IMG/VR virus record: IMGVR_UViG_3300017917_001336
Location: 1 to 64,000 of that record
Origin: a virus
Length of the DNA: 64,000 nt
Strand: one strand, 5' to 3'
Made by a program: the position numbers and the translations under genes
The notes under the pieces: generated by a model
The model's database searches: none
Told to the model about the DNA's origin: nothing
Seen by the model: the letters and a program-made list of their open reading frames with translations, nothing else
In this document: in pieces, positions 59,696 through 64,000 of the stretch
How the letters are laid out: every line of letters starts with the position of its first letter
Position numbering within the stretch: position 1 is the stretch's first letter

Positions 59696-59718
59696 AAATA
59701 TACGAGGTATTGACATGA
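59161..59718 (+). CDS. Putative fibre-tip protein, paralog 3
   Basis: WWQIGSSGLRRDGI and WNPNTSDDGRSQQHTSDLKIYEV. Confidence 0.7.
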   Translation: MAITINNNTISSNNGTITIPSGKKLYSPGTNKLYTTGKIINVTQFTNSSRSALSASTSTTLWSAGNVVKKTSSSKLIIVGQLCFGDGESYNMGYWWQIGSSGLRRDGIFQDHYPSDSYSTATIKLGWYINGEYSTSATGNLAVSLGWAAIDGSSNTPGLVWNPNTSDDGRSQQHTSDLKIYEVLT

Positions 59719-60062
59719 TTTTTAACAAAGAAGGTAAAAAGATTTATGAAATAGCAGACGCTCTGCGTATTATGGAACCAACTGCACAATGGCGAGTAGT
59801 TGGCGACCCCATGGATTTTAATAATATACAATGGGAGTCTGAAGACATAACGCAACCATCAAACTCAGCAATATCAGCTAAACTAGCCGAAATGCAGTCG
59901 GCATACGATGCTATAGAGTACCAAAGACAGCGTCAACCAGAATACCCAAGTTTAGCAGAATTAGCTGATGCAATATATTGGCAAAGTCAAGGTGATAACA
60001 CTAAAATGGATGCTTATGTTGCAAAGGTGCAAGCAGTAAAAGAAAAGTTTCCAAAGCCATGA
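59715..60062 (+). CDS. Tail-fibre-assembly-like small protein
   Basis: YQRQRQPEYPSLAELADAIY...VQAVKEKFPKP, a pattern typical of small genes that follow phage fibre genes. Confidence 0.65.
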   Translation: MIFNKEGKKIYEIADALRIMEPTAQWRVVGDPMDFNNIQWESEDITQPSNSAISAKLAEMQSAYDAIEYQRQRQPEYPSLAELADAIYWQSQGDNTKMDAYVAKVQAVKEKFPKP

Positions 60063-60099
60063 TTACAAAGTCATGCAAGTAGGTAAGATAACTATTTGC

Positions 60100-60741
60100 A
60101 TGACACAATTAACATCTAAAGATCCGTGGACACCGTTAATATGGCACACTCACTTTGACGGTTTAGACTGGCAAACAATTGAACCAAAATGCAAATGGTT
60201 ATTATCTCAAATAAAAAGTAATAGCTACCTTGAAAAAGACGGCGGAACAAGCTCTGTTACGCTACAATCTAAAGAAGAAACTCAACCGCATACCTGGAAA
60301 GAATTTCAAAAATTACAAGAATTCTTAAATCCAGTAATCTCTGAAGTAATTAAACAGTTTCGCTTAATGGAACAACCGTACCAAGTTTCTAACAGTTGGA
60401 TAAACTGTCATCCTCCCGGAGCTTGGACAGCCGAGCATTGCCACAGAGGAATACAAATAGCAATGGCAATTTATTTGCGTGTTCCAGAAAACAGTGGAAG
60501 AATACTATTTCGAGATCCGTTAGAGTATCACTGGGCAGGAGATCCTAGCGACACACGAGGAGAAGCTGACGGAAACTGGTATCCGGTTGATGTTAAATCT
60601 GGAGACGTATTATTATTTCCGGGTTGGTTAAATCATAAGACAGAAGTAAATCAAAGCAACGAAGATAGGTATGTACTAACAATTAACCTAATGGGCCAAG
60701 TACCAATGCGCTCTCTAGTGCAAATGGGTGTATTTGGTTAA
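60100..60741 (+). CDS. Putative 2OG-Fe(II) oxygenase (TIGR02466-like, H-x-H type)
   Basis: SWINCHPPGAWTAEHCH...YLRVPENSGRILFRDP...GDVLLFPGWLNHKT...RYVLTIN; ATAACTA at 60088-60094 lies 5 nt before ATG 60100. Confidence 0.85.
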   Translation: MTQLTSKDPWTPLIWHTHFDGLDWQTIEPKCKWLLSQIKSNSYLEKDGGTSSVTLQSKEETQPHTWKEFQKLQEFLNPVISEVIKQFRLMEQPYQVSNSWINCHPPGAWTAEHCHRGIQIAMAIYLRVPENSGRILFRDPLEYHWAGDPSDTRGEADGNWYPVDVKSGDVLLFPGWLNHKTEVNQSNEDRYVLTINLMGQVPMRSLVQMGVFG

Positions 60742-60748
60742 TTAAATA

Positions 60749-60777
60749 TTGCGTTTTCAAAAAAAGTGTTATAAACT
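60749..60777 (+). promoter_or_regulatory. Sigma70-like promoter
   Basis: TTGCGT-N17-TAAACT upstream of SD AGGAG and the dNMP kinase gene. Confidence 0.55.
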
Positions 60778-60800
60778 AACAACTCAACTAGGAGATTCTT

Positions 60801-61499
60801 ATGATCATTGGAATATGTGGCTTTATTGGTTCGGGCAAAGATACTATTGCTGACTACTTGACTAACTACCACGGATTCCGACGAGAATCATTTGCTAATT
60901 CCTTAAAAGATGCAGTTTCACAAGTTTTTGGGTGGGACCGCACACTACTTGAAGGGCGCACAAAACAAGCCCGCGAATGGCGTGAACAAGTAGATCCATG
61001 GTGGGCAGAACGCTTAAAAATGCCTAATTTAACTCCGCGTTTAATGCTACAATTATGGGGCACAGAAGTTTGCCGTAGAGGCTTCCACGATGATATTTGG
61101 ATTGCTAGTTTAGAAAACAAACTACGTACAAGTACTGATGATATTGTTATTTCAGACTGCCGTTTTCCTAATGAAATTAAATCAATACGTGATGCCGGGG
61201 GTATTATTGTTTGGGTTAAACGCGGAGAATTACCAGAATGGTACGATTGGGCACTAAGCGCAAACGCTGGCGAAGTACAGAACTTTACATGGGCAACTAG
61301 TAGATCAAAATTAGAACAAGCAGGAATTCATGCTAGTGAAACAGCTTGGGTAGGCACTAAGTTCGATGCAATTTTAGAAAATAATGGCAGTATAGATGAC
61401 TTATTTGCTAAAGTTAAAGATCTGGTGTTAAACCACCTTGACGCCAACGAATCCCCTCTTTATGCAGGACACGCTGACAATTTGCACACACAGTCTTAA
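60801..61499 (+). CDS. Deoxynucleoside monophosphate kinase (T4 gp1-like)
   Basis: MIIGICGFIGSGKDT P-loop, SFANSLKD, TPRLMLQLWGTE, ISDCRFPNE, HASE. Confidence 0.9.
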   Translation: MIIGICGFIGSGKDTIADYLTNYHGFRRESFANSLKDAVSQVFGWDRTLLEGRTKQAREWREQVDPWWAERLKMPNLTPRLMLQLWGTEVCRRGFHDDIWIASLENKLRTSTDDIVISDCRFPNEIKSIRDAGGIIVWVKRGELPEWYDWALSANAGEVQNFTWATSRSKLEQAGIHASETAWVGTKFDAILENNGSIDDLFAKVKDLVLNHLDANESPLYAGHADNLHTQS

Positions 61500-61740
61500 G
61501 ATTTGTAGGACGGCAGTTATTTAAATCTCCGTCTACATGAAACACATTAAACACTTGTTGATAAGGGCTTTTAAATCCACATTTATCACAAGTGTTTTTT
61601 ATTTTATACCCTGACAGTTCCCAGCGTGGCAATTTAACACCCCTGCTACAAGGTCCGCATTTACTTCTATAAAATGCCTTGCCATCTTTGTAGTAGTTAA
61701 TGGCTACAGGGTGTTTTCCGCACGAACAAAGTGGTCTCAT
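61414..61740 (-). CDS. Zinc-finger / HNH-like protein
   Basis: CxC, CxxC, CDKC...HVDGDLNNCRPTNLKTVCANC; TTAAATA 4 nt before the ATG. Confidence 0.75.
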   Translation of the reverse strand: MRPLCSCGKHPVAINYYKDGKAFYRSKCGPCSRGVKLPRWELSGYKIKNTCDKCGFKSPYQQVFNVFHVDGDLNNCRPTNLKTVCANCQRVLHKEGIRWRQGGLTPDL

Positions 61741-61744
61741 ATTT

Positions 61745-61812
61745 TATTTAAGCCTTTTTGGAACCTTTTTCAAGGTGTATTACACGCACAAATATCCAAA
61801 ATCCACTAAATA
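61745..61812. promoter_or_regulatory. Divergent late-type promoter pair (TTAAATA on minus, CTAAATA on plus)
   Basis: Minus strand 61751-61745; plus strand 61806-61812 before the tail sheath gene. Confidence 0.55.
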
Positions 61813-61842
61813 CATATAGAAAGTATTCACGGAGATCAGAAT

Positions 61843-64000
61843 ATGGCACAACTAAGTTCACCAGGCGTAAGCGTATCAGTTATAGACGAATCGTTCTATA
61901 CACCAGCCGCTCCCGGAACAGTCCCTTTAATCGTAGTTGCTTCTGAACAAGATAAAAGCAACGGTGCAGGTACAGGTACAGCACCAGGCACATTACAATC
62001 GAACGCAGGTAAAGTATATCTACTAACAAGTCAAAAAGACTTAGTAGATAACTTTGGTACCCCTGTATTTAAAACAGATGTAAGTAACAACCCAATTCAC
62101 GCTGGAGAACAAAACGAATATGGTCTTCAAGCAGCTTACAGCTTTTTAGGTGTTAGCAATCGTGCTTATGTAGTACGTGCTGATTTAGACCTAGGTCAAT
62201 TATCAGCAAGAGCAGAAGCTCCAGCAGGTGCACCTAACAATGGTCAATATTGGTTTGACACATCAACAACAAAATTTGGTTTATTCCAATGGAACGCAGC
62301 TGCAGCTACAGCAGGCGGTCAGTCATTTGGTAATAAAGTTCCAACAGTAATTACAAACTCAGCAAGCATTTCAGGTGGAGCACCGCTAACAAGCATTGGC
62401 TCAGTTGGTGACTACGCTGTAGTTGGTATTGATGGAACTTATACATTATGGTTTAAGAAAGCAAAAACTAACACAGCCGCAGGTACATGGGTACGTGTTG
62501 GTAGTACAGCATGGTCAGCAAGTTGGCCAGCAGCACAAGGTACTACTGCTAGCGGATCAGTTGGATTATCTGCAGGCGATACATTAACAATTACTGTTAA
62601 TTCTACACCACATGCGTTTACTGGTCATACATCATTAGCGACCCTTGTTGCAGATATTAACACAGCATTAGACGATAGCGACGGTGCAGGCACAGGCGAC
62701 TTAGACAACTCTGTTGATATGTTAGCTCTTGGTATCAGTGCAGCAGTTGTTAATGATCGTTTAGAAATTTATTCAACAGGCAACGAGTTTTCATTATCTG
62801 GAACAACTGTTGCTAAGGTTGGACTTACAGCAGGCACATATTATGCTCCAGTAGCACAAATTAGCCCGCACTATACTGTTCCAACATTTAAAGCAAGTGA
62901 AAACACAGGAACAGTTAACGGTTATCCAACTGGATCTATTTGGGTTAAAACAACAGAACCTAACTTAGGTGCAGCATGGAGAACTAAAGTTTACAGTTCA
63001 GTTAGCTCTTCATGGTCTAATGTAAGTGCTCCAATTTACAAAACAAGTGCTGCAGCACTTAAAGCACTTGATCCAAAAGGCGGCGGCATTAACTTAGCAC
63101 AAGGTGCGTTATATGTTAAGTCTAACGTAGAAGAAGCTGGCGATGGCAATATTGCTACAGCAGTTGATTTTAAAATTTATGCTAGAAGAACTAGCGGTGT
63201 AACATCAATTGTTTCTGGTACACCTAGTTTAACAAACGGTAGCTATACATTTAACATTGCTGAATCAGTTGCAGGTTCTGATGTTTTAACAAAAGACGCT
63301 GCTCCATCAACTCAAGAACTACAAGTTAGTTTCACAGTTAGTAGCAACACAGCTACAGCATTTGTTGCTGCATTAAACGCAGCACTAGTTGATGTATCAC
63401 ATAATGGTAATGCTTATACTAGTAGAGTAACAGCATCAGTTAATAGTGCAGGACAAGTTGTTATTACACATTTAGACGGTGGCGACATTTACTTCACAGA
63501 CGGTACAGGTTCTCCAATTGGTAATTTGTTTACCGCATACGATCCTGTTGATTCAACATCAACTGTAAATTTCTATGATGTAGTTGATGCATTAGGACAC
63601 GATTTTGTGGCTTCATTATGGTCACCATTTGCAGATATTACTCCAAGTTCATCTGCACCAACAACAACTGCTGCTGATAGCCAATTATGGTACAGCAGTA
63701 TTGTTGACGAAGTTGACATCATGGTACACGACGGATCAGCATGGGTAGGATACAAATCTTACTACCCTAGCACAAATCCAACAGGTCCAATTATTAGCGC
63801 AACTGCACCACTAACACAAACAGATGCAAGTCCATTAACAGATAACGATCTATGGATTGATACAAGTGATTTAGAAAATTATCCTAAGTTATACAAACGT
63901 CAAGGTTCAGGTGCTGGTGGTAAATGGATATTAGTTGACACAGCAGATGATACTACAACAGATGGCATTTTGTTTGCAGATGCTCGTTGGAGTACTTCCG
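61843..64000 (+). CDS. gp18: Tail sheath protein (T4 gp18 family), 3'-truncated by the window end
   Basis: Translated by hand: MAQLSSPGVSVSVIDESFY...LVDNFGTP...NEYGLQAAYSFLG...YVVRAD; the same frame reads DGILFADARW at the window end; SD GGAG; absent from the ORF track because no stop lies in the window. Confidence 0.9.
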   Translation, partial: MAQLSSPGVSVSVIDESFYTPAAPGTVPLIVVASEQDKSNGAGTGTAPGTLQSNAGKVYLLTSQKDLVDNFGTPVFKTDVSNNPIHAGEQNEYGLQAAYSFLGVSNRAYVVRADLDLGQLSARAEAPAGAPNNGQYWFDTSTTKFGLFQWNAAAATAGGQSFGNKVPTVITNSASISGGAPLTSIGSVGDYAVVGIDGTYTLWFKKAKTNTAAGTWVRVGSTAWSASWPAAQGTTASGSVGLSAGDTLTITVNSTPHAFTGHTSLATLVADINTALDDSDGAGTGDLDNSVDMLALGISAAVVNDRLEIYSTGNEFSLSGTTVAKVGLTAGTYYAPVAQISPHYTVPTFKASENTGTVNGYPTGSIWVKTTEPNLGAAWRTKVYSSVSSSWSNVSAPIYKTSAAALKALDPKGGGINLAQGALYVKSNVEEAGDGNIATAVDFKIYARRTSGVTSIVSGTPSLTNGSYTFNIAESVAGSDVLTKDAAPSTQELQVSFTVSSNTATAFVAALNAALVDVSHNGNAYTSRVTASVNSAGQVVITHLDGGDIYFTDGTGSPIGNLFTAYDPVDSTSTVNFYDVVDALGHDFVASLWSPFADITPSSSAPTTTAADSQLWYSSIVDEVDIMVHDGSAWVGYKSYYPSTNPTGPIISATAPLTQTDASPLTDNDLWIDTSDLENYPKLYKRQGSGAGGKWILVDTADDTTTDGILFADARWSTS

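Noticed and set aside
57296-59718. Possible diversity-generating retroelement (template/variable repeat pair)
   Set aside because: The repeats are short, identical and all inside coding paralogs, with no adenine-specific mismatch pattern; no reverse transcriptase lies in the window.
462-63755. Dozens of short antisense or alternate-frame ORFs in the track (e.g. 699-1100, 12017-12460, 37053-37430, 55841-56371, 61758-61946)
   Set aside because: They lie inside long, motif-supported genes, have no RBS or recognisable motif, and are expected shadows of biased codon usage.
1-64000. Alternative genetic code (the gene ends I checked use TAA or TGA, none TAG)
   Set aside because: Very long ORFs are uninterrupted under the standard code and tile the window, so no recoding is needed; TAA preference fits the AT-rich genome.
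1-64000. tRNA, rRNA, CRISPR array, introns/inteins, transposases
   Set aside because: Intergenic gaps are short and show no cloverleaf or repeat-spacer pattern; I saw no split genes or intein and transposase motifs by eye.

Overview
This 64-kb window is the virion-morphogenesis region of a large, AT-rich T4-like myovirus. It opens with a gp22-like prohead scaffold and a gp23 major capsid protein. About 35 kb of paralogous giant fibre/appendage genes follow (1255, 1604, 3100 and 3354 aa), interleaved with small adaptor-like genes. It also holds divergently arranged neck genes (gp13 versus gp14/gp15), a second fibre cluster, a dNMP kinase, an HNH/zinc-finger gene and the 5' part of the gp18 tail sheath, which is missing from the ORF track. 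The most striking feature is an architecture that occurs twice: a fibre with a C-terminal S74 auto-cleaving chaperone, then exactly three paralogous tip-like genes, small partner genes and tailoring enzymes. The enzymes are one flavin-dependent halogenase, one NodU/CmcH-type carbamoyltransferase and seven 2OG-Fe(II) oxygenase-family proteins. They lie behind late-promoter-like NTAANTA motifs, and several appear to be leaderless. My hypothesis (inference) is a phage-encoded system that chemically modifies glycine-rich fibre-tip adhesins. Two highly structured 5' leaders (2371-2457 and 9136-9231) are candidate new cis-regulatory RNAs. I saw no tRNA, rRNA, CRISPR array, integrase or reverse transcriptase. 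All family assignments come from motif recognition by eye, with no database search.
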